A stretch of DNA of 64,000 nt from Treponemataceae bacterium (lineage in GTDB: Bacteria; Spirochaetota; Spirochaetia; Treponematales; Rectinemataceae). Below are positions 16,334-26,176 of this stretch, piece by piece (the stretch's first letter is position 1; each line of letters starts with the position of its first letter). The notes below the pieces were generated by a model, which did no database searches, had not been told where the DNA came from, and saw nothing but the letters and a program-made list of their open reading frames with translations. The translations under genes and the position numbers were made by a program. The DNA lies in assembly GCA_963667725.2 (NCBI GenBank), contig CAXXHO010000003.1:1952001-2016000 (forward strand). The letters are read 5' to 3'.

Positions 16334-19300
16334 CGCCTGCCTCCATCGCGCCTTCCGCTCCGCGCCATTTCTCTATCTCCCTCTCTTTTTTCCTGTTCTT
16401 CTTCTCGCGTCTTTCGTTGAACAGCGAATAAAGGACAGGGGTGAGAAAAAGGGTCATGATGGAACTGACGATAAGTCCGCCGAACATGGTTTTCGCGATA
16501 GGCTGGATGCTTTCCGTCCCTTCTCCCGGGAAAAGAGCGAGGGGCATGATGCCTAGAATGGTCGTGAGCGTCGACATGAGAATGGGCCGCAAGCGGTGGC
16601 GGCCCGCTTCGCTGCAAGCCTCGAAGAGGCCGAGCCCGCGAGCCCTGAGCGTGTTCGTATAATCGACGAGGACGATGCCGTTGTTCACCACGATTCCCGC
16701 CAAAGCCACGACGCCAATCAGCGAAAAGAGAGAGAAGGTATCATTTGTGATCTTGTATATCCAAACAACCCCGATGAACATGAGGGGGATTGAAAAAAAG
16801 ATTATGAGGGGGTCTATGAAGGATTCGAATTGGCTGGCCATGATGCCGTACACCAGGAAAACGGCGAGGAGAACAATCAGGACGAATATGGGCAAGTAAG
16901 TGCCCACGTCCATGTTCTCTCCCCCAAGAGATACCGTGACATTTTCGCGCTGGATGTATTTATCGTCCAACACATTCTGTACCATTTTCGCCATTTCCGT
17001 CGAGGTGAGTTTAGATGAGGCGGGAAGATCGCCCTCGACGTGAATTATCCTCTCCTTGTTCTCGCGGTTGATCTGCTGAGGAGCGGTGCTGTTGGATATG
17101 GTCACGAAGGTGGAGACGGGTATCCTCGCTCCCGAAGCCCCGATGAGGAATATCGACTTGAGGTCGGAGAGCGTCTGCCTGTCCTCCTCCCGGAGCTTGA
17201 CCACGACATCGATGGTCTCCCCAGCCGAGTCGTACGTAGTGGCGGTCGTGCCGTAGACCGAACTGCGTATCTCCTTCGCTATTTGGGAGACTGAGAAGCC
17301 GAACATCGCCGCCCGGTCGCGGTCGATGCTGATGAGAAGTTCTGGCGACCCCTGCTCAAGGGAGATGCTGAGGTTCTCCACTTGAGGCAGTTCCGCTGCG
17401 ATAATCCGCTTGATCTCTTTCGCCGCCTCGAGCGAGGTGTCCTGATCCTTCGAATGTATCTCCACGTCGACCGCGGAACTGGAAGAGAATTGGCGACCCG
17501 CCGAGTAGGAGAAACTGGCGCCGGGAACGGATCCGATATAGGCTGCCAACTTAGTCTTAATCGATGAAGGCGTATCGACCTGATCTTTGGGGTCGGGAAG
17601 CAGGATCTCGAGCGAGCCTTCGCTGTTGGAAGTCCCGCCAAAAGGACCGCTCCCCCCGATGGTGATGACGAGACTCTCGTAAGCCTTGACGCTTCCTTTT
17701 ACATAAGCCTGCAAGTCCTCGAGAACTTTCTGGGTATGCTCGGCGGTCGTGCCGAGCGGCATGGTGAGATTTACCGTGAGCGTATCGTCGGTATTCGAGC
17801 GGGGGAAAAGATTCATGCCGAAGGCGGTCAGCTGGATAAGGGCACTGGTGAGTATAACCGCCACGAGGGCGATGATCAGCAATCGGTTTCTCAGGCAAAA
17901 CTCGAGGGCCTTCTTATAGCCTTTTTCCTGAGCCGCGAAAAAGGTCTCGAGCATATTATCGATCTTTTTCAGGAGCGGATTTTTAAGAGGCTTCTGCACG
18001 CGGGTGTTGAGATGCATCACAGGGCCGCAGAGTACGGGGACGAGGGTTAATGCAACGAGGAGAGACGAAGCGAGGGAAAAACAGACCGTAAACACAAGAT
18101 CGTTGAAAAGTTGGCCCATCATGCCGAGTTTGTCGCGGAAAAGGATGATCGGGATGAACACGCAGAGCGTCGTCAAGGTCGAACCCGAGATCGCCACGAT
18201 CATCTCCTGGCTTCCGAGTATGGCGGCAATCCTGGGCTTAGTTCCTCGCTCGCGGTAGCGGAAGATATTGTCCAGGATGACGATCGACGCGTCGACGACC
18301 ATGCCGAGCCCCATGATGAGCCCGGTGAGGCTTATCGTGTTGAGCGTGAGCCCCATGAAATACATGCAGAGCAAGGTGATGAGGATGCAGATGGGAATGG
18401 ATATCCCTATGATAAAGGTAGCTTTGAGATTTCTTAGGTATAACAATAGAATGAACACGGCTAAGAGGATTCCCTGCCATGCCGAATTGTACACTTCTTT
18501 CAAGGTGGAGCTGACGAGGGTCGTATCGTCCGACATGAATTCCACCGACACTCCCGGGGGAAGCGACGTATTGATGTCAGCGAGCGCGGCGTGAACCTCG
18601 CGGGATATCTGCACGGCATTGCTCTCGCTCTCCCTCACTATCTGGATGTTGATGCCCTGCTTACCGTCTATGTAGATGATCTTCTCCGGGTCATCCGCGA
18701 TTTCCTTCACATCGGCGAGGTCTTCGAGGCGGATCACGCGCTGATTACCCGAACTTTCCGAAACCATCGTTTTTATTACCAGGCTCTTCACCTCTTCAAT
18801 GGATGAAAGCTTTTCGTGCGTGCGGATCTGATATTCCGTTGTGCCCCTGACGATATCTCCTCCGGAGAGGAGGATATTCTGCGTCCCTAGGGCACTGGCC
18901 ACCGCGGTGAGCGTCAGGCCATGGGCGGCGAGGCGGTTCTGGGAGACTTCCACGGAAATGATCTTGTCGCTCCCGCCGACGACGCTCGCTGTAGCCACAC
19001 CCTCTATCCTTTCAAGCTGGGGCTGTATCGTATCCTCGCCTATCGCTTTGAGCTCTTCGAGGGAGCGATTGCCCTTGATGGCCAGCTTGATGATCGGCAT
19101 CGAAGACATATCGAATTGCCTGATGGTCGGGGTATCGCAATCCTCCGGCAGCCTATCCAAGACTCCGTTTATGGTGGATTCGACCTCGTTCTGCGTCACA
19201 TCGAGGTCCACGTCGTAGCCAAATTCGAGCATGATAAAGCTAGAATCCTGAGAAGAAGTCGAGGACATCGTCTCTAGCCCTTCGACGGAAGAAAGCGCGT

Positions 19301-19505
19301 TCTCGAGAACCTTGGTGACGTTCTGTTCCACATCTTCCGGACCGGCGCCCGAATAGGTAGTGTTCACCGAAAGCACTGGCATATTGACGTCCGGATTGAG
19401 GGAGACGGCGAGCTGCGTGACGAATACCGCGGCAAGTCCGCATATGAGAACGTATATCATAATGATGGTGACAGGATGATCGATGGACTTTCGAACCACG
19501 CTCAT
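16320..19505 (-). CDS. RND efflux permease (AcrB/AcrD/AcrF family)
   Basis: 1061 aa; YSGAGPEDVE, GMVVDASIVILDNI, GIVVNNGIVLVD, RLRPILMSTLTT. Confidence 0.96.
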   Translation of the reverse strand: MSVVRKSIDHPVTIIMIYVLICGLAAVFVTQLAVSLNPDVNMPVLSVNTTYSGAGPEDVEQNVTKVLENALSSVEGLETMSSTSSQDSSFIMLEFGYDVDLDVTQNEVESTINGVLDRLPEDCDTPTIRQFDMSSMPIIKLAIKGNRSLEELKAIGEDTIQPQLERIEGVATASVVGGSDKIISVEVSQNRLAAHGLTLTAVASALGTQNILLSGGDIVRGTTEYQIRTHEKLSSIEEVKSLVIKTMVSESSGNQRVIRLEDLADVKEIADDPEKIIYIDGKQGINIQIVRESESNAVQISREVHAALADINTSLPPGVSVEFMSDDTTLVSSTLKEVYNSAWQGILLAVFILLLYLRNLKATFIIGISIPICILITLLCMYFMGLTLNTISLTGLIMGLGMVVDASIVILDNIFRYRERGTKPRIAAILGSQEMIVAISGSTLTTLCVFIPIILFRDKLGMMGQLFNDLVFTVCFSLASSLLVALTLVPVLCGPVMHLNTRVQKPLKNPLLKKIDNMLETFFAAQEKGYKKALEFCLRNRLLIIALVAVILTSALIQLTAFGMNLFPRSNTDDTLTVNLTMPLGTTAEHTQKVLEDLQAYVKGSVKAYESLVITIGGSGPFGGTSNSEGSLEILLPDPKDQVDTPSSIKTKLAAYIGSVPGASFSYSAGRQFSSSSAVDVEIHSKDQDTSLEAAKEIKRIIAAELPQVENLSISLEQGSPELLISIDRDRAAMFGFSVSQIAKEIRSSVYGTTATTYDSAGETIDVVVKLREEDRQTLSDLKSIFLIGASGARIPVSTFVTISNSTAPQQINRENKERIIHVEGDLPASSKLTSTEMAKMVQNVLDDKYIQRENVTVSLGGENMDVGTYLPIFVLIVLLAVFLVYGIMASQFESFIDPLIIFFSIPLMFIGVVWIYKITNDTFSLFSLIGVVALAGIVVNNGIVLVDYTNTLRARGLGLFEACSEAGRHRLRPILMSTLTTILGIMPLALFPGEGTESIQPIAKTMFGGLIVSSIMTLFLTPVLYSLFNERREKKNRKKEREIEKWRGAEGAMEAGDDTN

Positions 19506-20527
19506 TGCGCGACTCCCGTTTCGACATCTATGATTTTTACGCTATCTCCGTTGGTGATCGAGCTCTTCCCTTCGGTCACGACCTTCTCGCCAGGAGCAAG
19601 CCCTTTCTTCACCTCGAATGAGTCCTCTCCCTCGAGCCCCAGCACGATACCTCTCCGCTCGACCGTATTGTCGTCCTTGATGACGAAGACGTAGTCTTCA
19701 GACGAATCGAGGATAACGGAGGATCGTGGCGCCACGATGACGTTTTTTCTGCTTTCGGTTACGAGCCTGACTGTGGCAAACATACCAACAAGCACCCGTG
19801 AATTCGCCTTTTCAAGATCGAGCTTGATGTCGAGGGTGCGGCTTGACGCGTCGAGAATGGGACTCATTTCCGAGACCTTCGCGGCGAACGTAAGGCCGGG
19901 AATCGCGTCGAAGCTGATTTCCGCGAGCGTGCCGATCTTGAGATTGGCGAGGTAGCGTTCGGGGACAGAGGTGCTGATTTTGATTCGGGATAGGTTCCCG
20001 ATAGTCGCGATGATAGTGTTGGTCGTTATGGTGTCGCCTTCGTGGACGGGGATGGAGAGCACCGTTCCCGAGACCGTCGATTCGACCGCATTGGGCATGT
20101 AGTTCTCGCCAACTTTCGAGGGGTCTATGAGGGCGATCGCGCTTCCCTTGGAAATCCAGTCTCCGACGGAAACCTTCCTCTCCAAAAGCTTTCCTCCGAC
20201 ATTCGGGTAGATATTGACCTCGTTATCGGAAACGACATCGCCAAGGATCTTTGTATAATTGCTTACGGAGCCCGAGGCGATCGCGCTCGCGCGCACCGCG
20301 ACCGCGTGCGTCTCTCCTTTTCCCGCACTTAAGGATTGATCAAAAACTCCGGCTTGCGGCATCTGACCGGAGGGCGCCCCGCCCTGAGGCAGGGGTCCCA
20401 TCGCTGTCGAGTTTGATCTCCCGGAAAAGGAAATTCCGAGTTCTTTCAACACGATCGCGGCCCCGACGGCAACGATCACCGCTACTATTATGATGTTCGG
20501 TAAGGATCGCGAGATCGCGTTCTTCAT
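19502..20527 (-). CDS. RND periplasmic adaptor (membrane fusion protein)
   Basis: N-terminal TM, lipoyl halves VSVGDWISKG and STVSGTV, GMFATVRL, GLAPGEKVVTEG. Confidence 0.92.
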   Translation of the reverse strand: MKNAISRSLPNIIIVAVIVAVGAAIVLKELGISFSGRSNSTAMGPLPQGGAPSGQMPQAGVFDQSLSAGKGETHAVAVRASAIASGSVSNYTKILGDVVSDNEVNIYPNVGGKLLERKVSVGDWISKGSAIALIDPSKVGENYMPNAVESTVSGTVLSIPVHEGDTITTNTIIATIGNLSRIKISTSVPERYLANLKIGTLAEISFDAIPGLTFAAKVSEMSPILDASSRTLDIKLDLEKANSRVLVGMFATVRLVTESRKNVIVAPRSSVILDSSEDYVFVIKDDNTVERRGIVLGLEGEDSFEVKKGLAPGEKVVTEGKSSITNGDSVKIIDVETGVAQ

Positions 20528-20649
20528 TCCTCCCAACTCCTTCTTTTTTGGCGAAACGGTGCCGCCTTTCGGGGCACCCTATTCCCAGAACGTTAAGCGA
20601 TGCTAGTTCAGCGAATTCAATGCAGCCAGTCCCTCGTGTCATAAACTCA

Positions 20650-20665
20650 TATGACCGGCGTCATA
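20650..20665. promoter_or_regulatory. TATGAC-N4-GTCATA palindrome, candidate NarL/LuxR-family response-regulator site
   Basis: Perfect 6-4-6 inverted repeat in the divergent region between the MFP and sensor kinase genes. Confidence 0.6.
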
Positions 20666-20720
20666 CGAGAGATAACCGGCGGCACTGTGCAACGGGAACA
20701 GAGTGACATATAGTTGCTGA

Positions 20721-22034
20721 ATGGCTGGTTATTCGCCGAAACCCCGCACCGAACGGGATTTCGCCCGCATCATCCTCATGACGCTGTTTTTTCTCTTCCA
20801 TTTCATGCTGACGCTGCAACCGCTGTTTTCCATAAGACGGATAATGGAAGATCCCAACGGCTTTCCTGCTTTGCTGCCGACCTTCGACATCGCGATCATA
20901 GCGTTCTGGTTCATTCTCGAAGTCTTCGAATTCCTGGTATGGAATTACAAGTGGCCGAAAACGCGCTATGGGGTGGAGATTACTGTGTTACGGTGCGCGC
21001 CCTTACTCGTCTGTGTCGTCTTTTCTCCCCGATTAACGCCCGGGATGATGACCTTGATGGCCCCTCTCCTGACCTTCTACTTCTCACTTTTCGTCCAGCC
21101 CATATGGCAGTATGGGATCATGATTTTCTTTTGTGCCGTGCAACTGTTCCTGACGTACTGGGTTTGGCCGCGGACGGTTCTGCCTGAATCCAACAAGCAG
21201 CATGTGATCGTGATCCTCCTGTATCAGCTCATGAGCATCCTCCTCATGTTCCTTTTCGCGAAATTTTGGAAGGAGGACAGGAAAAACCGCGAACGCCAGC
21301 GCATGCTGACGATGGAAATCCAGGCGAGCCAAAAGGAGCTGAGAAAATACGCGTCCCATGTATCGCGCGTGGTAGCCCTGGAGGAGAGAACGAGGATAGC
21401 CCGCGACATTCACGACAGCCTTGGACATACGCTCACCGCCGTCTCCATACAGCTCAATAAGGCCGAGGCGTTTTTCGAGAAGGATCCCAAGGTATCGACG
21501 AGGGCAATCAGCGACGCGAGGCTGAGCATGCATGAAGCGATGATCGATATCCGCTCAACCCTTGATACGCTGAATGCTCAATCTGAGGGTTTCGACTTGT
21601 TCGCGCAGGTGCGCAAGCCGCTCGGAAGCCTCAGCCAAGCGGGGATTCACGTGCGTCGCGATTTCGTAGGCAATACGGAAGGATACAATATCGCTGTGCT
21701 CCTCGCCCTCTATCGCTTCGTCCAGGAGGGAGCGACGAACATTCTTAAGCATGCCGACGCCCATGAAGTGAGCCTGGAAATCATTTTGGACGGCCATCAA
21801 GCATACGCCGAGTTGCGTGACAATGGGGTGGGGTTCGATTCGAATGAGCATGGAAGCAAAGGCAAGGAACTCTCGGGATACGGACTCACGGGCCTTGCCG
21901 ACAGGATAGCGCTCGTTCGGGGTACTTTCTCTGTCGAATCGTCTGCCGGCCATGGAACGACATTGAAGTTAAGCATGCCGAAGGATCCCGTAGCCTTGAT
22001 CGGAAGGGGAAGCGCCGATGACATCGACAGGTAG
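20721..22034 (+). CDS. Membrane sensor histidine kinase (HisKA_3, NarX/DesK-like)
   Basis: Multiple N-terminal TMs; EERTRIARDIHDSLGH; QEGATNILKHA; DNGVGF. Confidence 0.94.
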   Translation: MAGYSPKPRTERDFARIILMTLFFLFHFMLTLQPLFSIRRIMEDPNGFPALLPTFDIAIIAFWFILEVFEFLVWNYKWPKTRYGVEITVLRCAPLLVCVVFSPRLTPGMMTLMAPLLTFYFSLFVQPIWQYGIMIFFCAVQLFLTYWVWPRTVLPESNKQHVIVILLYQLMSILLMFLFAKFWKEDRKNRERQRMLTMEIQASQKELRKYASHVSRVVALEERTRIARDIHDSLGHTLTAVSIQLNKAEAFFEKDPKVSTRAISDARLSMHEAMIDIRSTLDTLNAQSEGFDLFAQVRKPLGSLSQAGIHVRRDFVGNTEGYNIAVLLALYRFVQEGATNILKHADAHEVSLEIILDGHQAYAELRDNGVGFDSNEHGSKGKELSGYGLTGLADRIALVRGTFSVESSAGHGTTLKLSMPKDPVALIGRGSADDIDR

Positions 22035-22713
22035 GAAAATAAAGGTTCTCGTGGTCGACGATCAGAGACTTGTCAGGGACGGAATTGCCTCGCTTTTGGG
22101 ACTCGACGAGGAGATTGCCGTGATCGGGACAGCGGAGAACGGAAAGGAAGCCCTCGCCCTCGCCCGCGAGTTTCGGCCCGATGTCTGCCTGTTGGATATC
22201 CAGATGCCGGTCATGGACGGCATCTCCACCCTCGAGAGGATACGCGCGGAAGGAATCGTTCCGTATGTTGTCATGCTCACTACATTCGACGACAGGGAAT
22301 ACATCGTACGTTCGCTCCGTTCGGGTGCGGTGGGCTATCTTCTCAAGGATCTGCCGAGCGAGGAGTTCGTGCGGGCAATCAAGCAGGTCGTGAAAGGGGT
22401 TTTCCTCGCGAATGGAGAGGTCATAAACAAGCTGCTCGGATCGCTCAAGGACGAAGAGGATTCGGGGAAAAACCCGGTCTCGGATTCGAACGCGCTTGAA
22501 CAATATGAATTTCTCACCCTGCGCGAACAAAAGGTGCTCAGCCTTCTTGGGACAGGGGCGACGAATTCGGAGATCGCCGATATCTTGTCGCTGAGCGAAG
22601 GCACGGTCAAGAACTACGTCTCGAGCATTCTCACGACGCTCGGCTTCAGGGACAGGATTCAGACCGCGCTTTTCGCCGCGAGGAATGGTTTGACGAGCAA
22701 AGAACAAGAATGA
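22018..22713 (+). CDS. NarL/LuxR-family response regulator
   Basis: VLVVDDQ, LLDIQMPVMDG, GYLLKD, NSEIADILSLSEGTVKNYVSSIL. Confidence 0.95.
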   Translation: MTSTGRKIKVLVVDDQRLVRDGIASLLGLDEEIAVIGTAENGKEALALAREFRPDVCLLDIQMPVMDGISTLERIRAEGIVPYVVMLTTFDDREYIVRSLRSGAVGYLLKDLPSEEFVRAIKQVVKGVFLANGEVINKLLGSLKDEEDSGKNPVSDSNALEQYEFLTLREQKVLSLLGTGATNSEIADILSLSEGTVKNYVSSILTTLGFRDRIQTALFAARNGLTSKEQE

Positions 22714-22780
22714 TAAGAAATCATCCTGACGATTGTCGAATGCTACAATACTCCCGCCAATAGGATTAAACGGCTCGAAC

Positions 22781-23341
22781 TCACTCCAGCTTGTACTCGA
22801 AAATGGTGGGTTCGCCGCTGCCGGTGGAAACCTGAATATAAATAGTGGCTGGGCGGGGGATTGGGTTTTTGCCGACCATCGGTAAGAACATAGTTCTTTG
22901 TCCGGCTTTCTGAATAAACTGCATTGAAGGTACGCAAGTCTGGGCAATAGTGTTCATTTGTTTATTGAAATTCTTGCCTTCAGCATTGCTACCGCCCGCG
23001 AAGGTCCAAAAATCCTTGAATCCATCCTGATCGTATGAATTTGCCACTTTCGTTCCATCCGGAGCAAAGGCCTCCGCGATGATCGCGATCCGACTTTCCT
23101 CCCGAAGATTGAGCGACAGCTTTACAATGAAAAACTCGTTCAACTTGCCTCGCAGAAGCGTCTTGGGTTCAAGATAGGGATTGGATTCAAAGCTCTGACC
23201 GTAACGACTGAAATCCGCCGATTCCGCTCTAGCCATGATCACTTGAGGCAGCGATGGATTGTACTCGGGGACGGTAGCGCAAGACGCTAAAAAAACCATG
23301 CCCAACAATGCGATAAGGAGACAGGATTTTGTCAATTTCAT
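22781..23341 (-). CDS. Hypothetical lipoprotein
   Basis: MKLTK..LLIALLGMVFLASC lipobox; no recognisable domain. Confidence 0.7.
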   Translation of the reverse strand: MKLTKSCLLIALLGMVFLASCATVPEYNPSLPQVIMARAESADFSRYGQSFESNPYLEPKTLLRGKLNEFFIVKLSLNLREESRIAIIAEAFAPDGTKVANSYDQDGFKDFWTFAGGSNAEGKNFNKQMNTIAQTCVPSMQFIQKAGQRTMFLPMVGKNPIPRPATIYIQVSTGSGEPTIFEYKLE

Positions 23342-23354
23342 GTCACCGTTATAC

Positions 23355-23386
23355 AAAAAAAAAGCCGACCCCGCAATGGGGTCGGC
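23355..23386 (-). terminator. Intrinsic terminator of the outer-membrane protein gene
   Basis: Minus strand GCCGACCCC-ATTGC-GGGGTCGGC followed by T9. Confidence 0.85.
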
Positions 23387-23411
23387 AATTCTACTTGATT
23401 AGCCTTCTAGA

Positions 23412-24386
23412 TTAGAGAGCAACCTTGTAGTAGAGCTTGAGAGCAGCATAGAGCGCGCCATCATAACCGACAACGCCGATACCAGTCATGCCGGGGAGGC
23501 AAGCATAGTCGACTTCGGCATACACATCGTAGCCAGCGTCGCCGTATTTGCCGCCGACGATGCCGGTGAGCTTATCGGTGACCGCGTAGTCGCCTTCGGC
23601 GAACACAGTGTAACCAAATGCGGCACCGAACTTGGCATCGGCTTCGACATAGAGGTCGAGCTTGTCAACGCCGGTGAAGTCCGTACCAACGGAAGCCCTG
23701 TAGTCATTGGCATTGACCTGTCCCTTGAAGATGGCGGTGATGGGGAGAGTCTTGATGCCGGTGTATTTCACGCCAGCGTTGATGATCGTGGCAGCGGGAG
23801 CCACGAGGTCGAGGTTTACCATCGTGAATGCGGTGATGGCGTCCTTGGCGTACTTGGCGCCGATGTCGGCGTTCTGGAGAACGTCAACGAACTTGGCGGA
23901 GGTGGTTCCTATCGGGAGATTGACGCCGAAGGAGAGTCCGTTGACCGGGAGGGTCTCAATCAAGACTCCGTAGCCGGTGATGCGATCGGTAGCGCCGAGA
24001 TAATCGGTGCCCTGATATGCCTGGCCAAGGCGGAAATCTGCATTGCGGAGGTTACCGGCGATGACTTTGGCGAACTTTCCGGTCGCCCAGACGTTCCAGT
24101 CGCGAATGGCTTCTACGTCGGCAGTAAGGGAGGGCTCCAGAGACGCATACAGTTTTGCAAAACCGTTCAGAATATTCTGATCAGTGATGGAGAAACCGTA
24201 CGTTCCATCTTTGTTTTTCGCGGAGAGCGTGAACAGATCATAGCCGTTACCCTTGGGCTTGAATACCGAATTTCCAGCCTGGTCAACGATAGTCACGTTA
24301 CCCTCGAGGGTGATCGCGGTCGTTACCTGGGCGGATACGGCGCCGACCATAGCAAAAGCGAGAAGCAGGACGATAAGCTTCTTCAT
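23412..24386 (-). CDS. Putative outer-membrane beta-barrel / major outer sheath-like protein
   Basis: AAGGAGG SD, classic signal peptide MKKLIVLLLAFAMVGAVSA, amphipathic beta-strand pattern, aromatic-rich C-terminal strand YAALKLYYKVAL, own promoter and terminator. Confidence 0.7.
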   Translation of the reverse strand: MKKLIVLLLAFAMVGAVSAQVTTAITLEGNVTIVDQAGNSVFKPKGNGYDLFTLSAKNKDGTYGFSITDQNILNGFAKLYASLEPSLTADVEAIRDWNVWATGKFAKVIAGNLRNADFRLGQAYQGTDYLGATDRITGYGVLIETLPVNGLSFGVNLPIGTTSAKFVDVLQNADIGAKYAKDAITAFTMVNLDLVAPAATIINAGVKYTGIKTLPITAIFKGQVNANDYRASVGTDFTGVDKLDLYVEADAKFGAAFGYTVFAEGDYAVTDKLTGIVGGKYGDAGYDVYAEVDYACLPGMTGIGVVGYDGALYAALKLYYKVAL

Positions 24387-24459
24387 TAGAAGTCCTCCTT
24401 GCAATTTCGAAGGGGGCCGCGCCGACGGCTCGGTAATCCCCTTTCCTAGGTTCCGTTAG

Positions 24460-24489
24460 AGTATATATCGGCAAAATTTTAGGTGTCAA
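24460..24489 (-). promoter_or_regulatory. Sigma70-like promoter for the outer-membrane protein gene
   Basis: Minus strand TTGACA-N18-TATACT with AT-rich upstream DNA. Confidence 0.6.
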
Positions 24490-24668
24490 GCACATTTTAT
24501 TCAAGTTTTTTAAACAAAAAGTCAGAATCTGTCAAATACTTTCATATTTTGTTAGATAAGTATCGAAAGAATTCGACTTTATTGATGAGGCCATCAGAAT
24601 ATGCGTTAATTATAGACTAATAACGTAAAAAAAGCGAATAAATGCGCCGGAGCGCTCAAATATAACAA

Positions 24669-24705
24669 ATGAGGGGCGACCGGGAAAATCCAGGTCACCC
24701 CTCAT
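24669..24705 (-). terminator. Hairpin terminator after ackA
   Basis: ATGAGGGG.GACC...GGTC.CCCCTCAT inverted repeat followed by T-rich sequence on the minus strand. Confidence 0.65.
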
Positions 24706-24740
24706 GGCGCTCGAAAGCGGCGCGAAACGGAAACGGACGA

Positions 24741-26078
24741 TCAGGGAATCTGGGCGATGATGTCCTTGAGCCAGGGCTTCTTGGCGAGGTCTCGCTCGAG
24801 GCCCTCGGCGCGCGCCTTGTTCACGTAGTCCCTGTTCTCGAAGTAGTAGTGGTAGTTGGTATGGACATCGTAGGTGCCCTTCATGAGGGCGAAGGCGTCT
24901 TCCGTCATGACGAGTTCCTCATCGGTGGGGATCACGAAGACCTTCACCTTGGAGCCGGGGCCGGTGATGTCGAGTTCCGCGTTGCGGCACTTGGCGAGGG
25001 CGTTCTTCTTCTCGTCGATGGCGATGCCCATCTCCTCGAGTCCCTGCGTCGCCAGATGGCGGATGGCCGGGCCCATCTCTCCCACGCCGGCGGTGAAGAT
25101 GAGGGCGTCGACATGGCCGAGGGCCGCGTAATAGGAGCCGATGTATTTTTTGATCCTGTAGCTCTCCATCTGCTGGGCGAGGATGGCGATGGGGTCGCCC
25201 TTCTCGGCAGCCAGCTCGATGTCGCGGCGATCGGCCCATTTGCCGGTGATGCCGAGGACGCCCGATTCCTTGTTGAGCTTCTTCTCGACGTCGGCGGCGC
25301 TCATGCCCGTCCTGCGCATCATGTGGAAAATGATTCCGGGATCGATGTCGCCCGACCTCGTGCCCATGATAAGGCCCTCGAGGGGCGTGAGGCCCATCGA
25401 TGTATCGAAGGAGCAGCCGTTCTTCACCGCGTTGATGGAGGCGCCGTTGCCGATATGGGCGGTGATGACATTGGTCTCGAAGGGATCCTTGCCGAGGAGG
25501 ACGGCGGCTCTTTTGGCGTTGTAGAGGAAGCTGGTTCCGTGGAAGCCGTAGCGGCGGACCATGTGCTTTTCGTACCATTCCTGGGGGAGCGCGTACATGT
25601 AGCTCGACGCGGGCATGGTCTGATGCCATGCGGTGTCCATGATGGCGCAATGGGGGACATCGGGCAGCACTTCGCGCGCCGCTTCGACGCCCATCAGGTT
25701 GGCGGGATTGTGCAGGGGAGCCAGGTCGATGAGTTCGCGGAAGGTGGCCAGGAATTCGTCGTTTATGATGGAGGAACGGGCGAAGCGCGAGCCGCCGTGA
25801 ACCATGCGATGGCCGACCGCCTTGATCATACCCATGTCGGATATGACGCCGTATTCGGGATCGACGAGGGTATTGAGGATGAGCTGTATGGCGATGGTAT
25901 GGGTCGGGCATTCGTGATCGACGACGTAGTCGGCTTTGCCGCGCGCCTTGTGCGTGATGGAAGAACCGCCGATGGTGACGCGTTCGACGATGCCGGTGGC
26001 CAGGATGTCTTTATTGTCCCAGTCGTACACCTGGTATTTGACGGAAGAAGATCCGCAGTTCAGTGTCAGTATGACCAT
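24741..26078 (-). CDS. ackA: Acetate kinase
   Basis: [56 protein letters not shown]. Confidence 0.97.
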   Translation of the reverse strand: MVILTLNCGSSSVKYQVYDWDNKDILATGIVERVTIGGSSITHKARGKADYVVDHECPTHTIAIQLILNTLVDPEYGVISDMGMIKAVGHRMVHGGSRFARSSIINDEFLATFRELIDLAPLHNPANLMGVEAAREVLPDVPHCAIMDTAWHQTMPASSYMYALPQEWYEKHMVRRYGFHGTSFLYNAKRAAVLLGKDPFETNVITAHIGNGASINAVKNGCSFDTSMGLTPLEGLIMGTRSGDIDPGIIFHMMRRTGMSAADVEKKLNKESGVLGITGKWADRRDIELAAEKGDPIAILAQQMESYRIKKYIGSYYAALGHVDALIFTAGVGEMGPAIRHLATQGLEEMGIAIDEKKNALAKCRNAELDITGPGSKVKVFVIPTDEELVMTEDAFALMKGTYDVHTNYHYYFENRDYVNKARAEGLERDLAKKPWLKDIIAQIP

Positions 26079-26176
26079 ATTCGCTCCTGTGAGGTTTTGC
26101 CCATCCTAGCATCCAGCCGGGGTTTTTCACAAGATGATAAGAAAGATGCTCGTCACGAAACTTTGTTAAGGTGGGA

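Noticed and set aside
21886..22947. 353-aa minus-strand ORF
   Set aside because: Antisense to the response regulator and out of frame with the lipoprotein; no domain signal.
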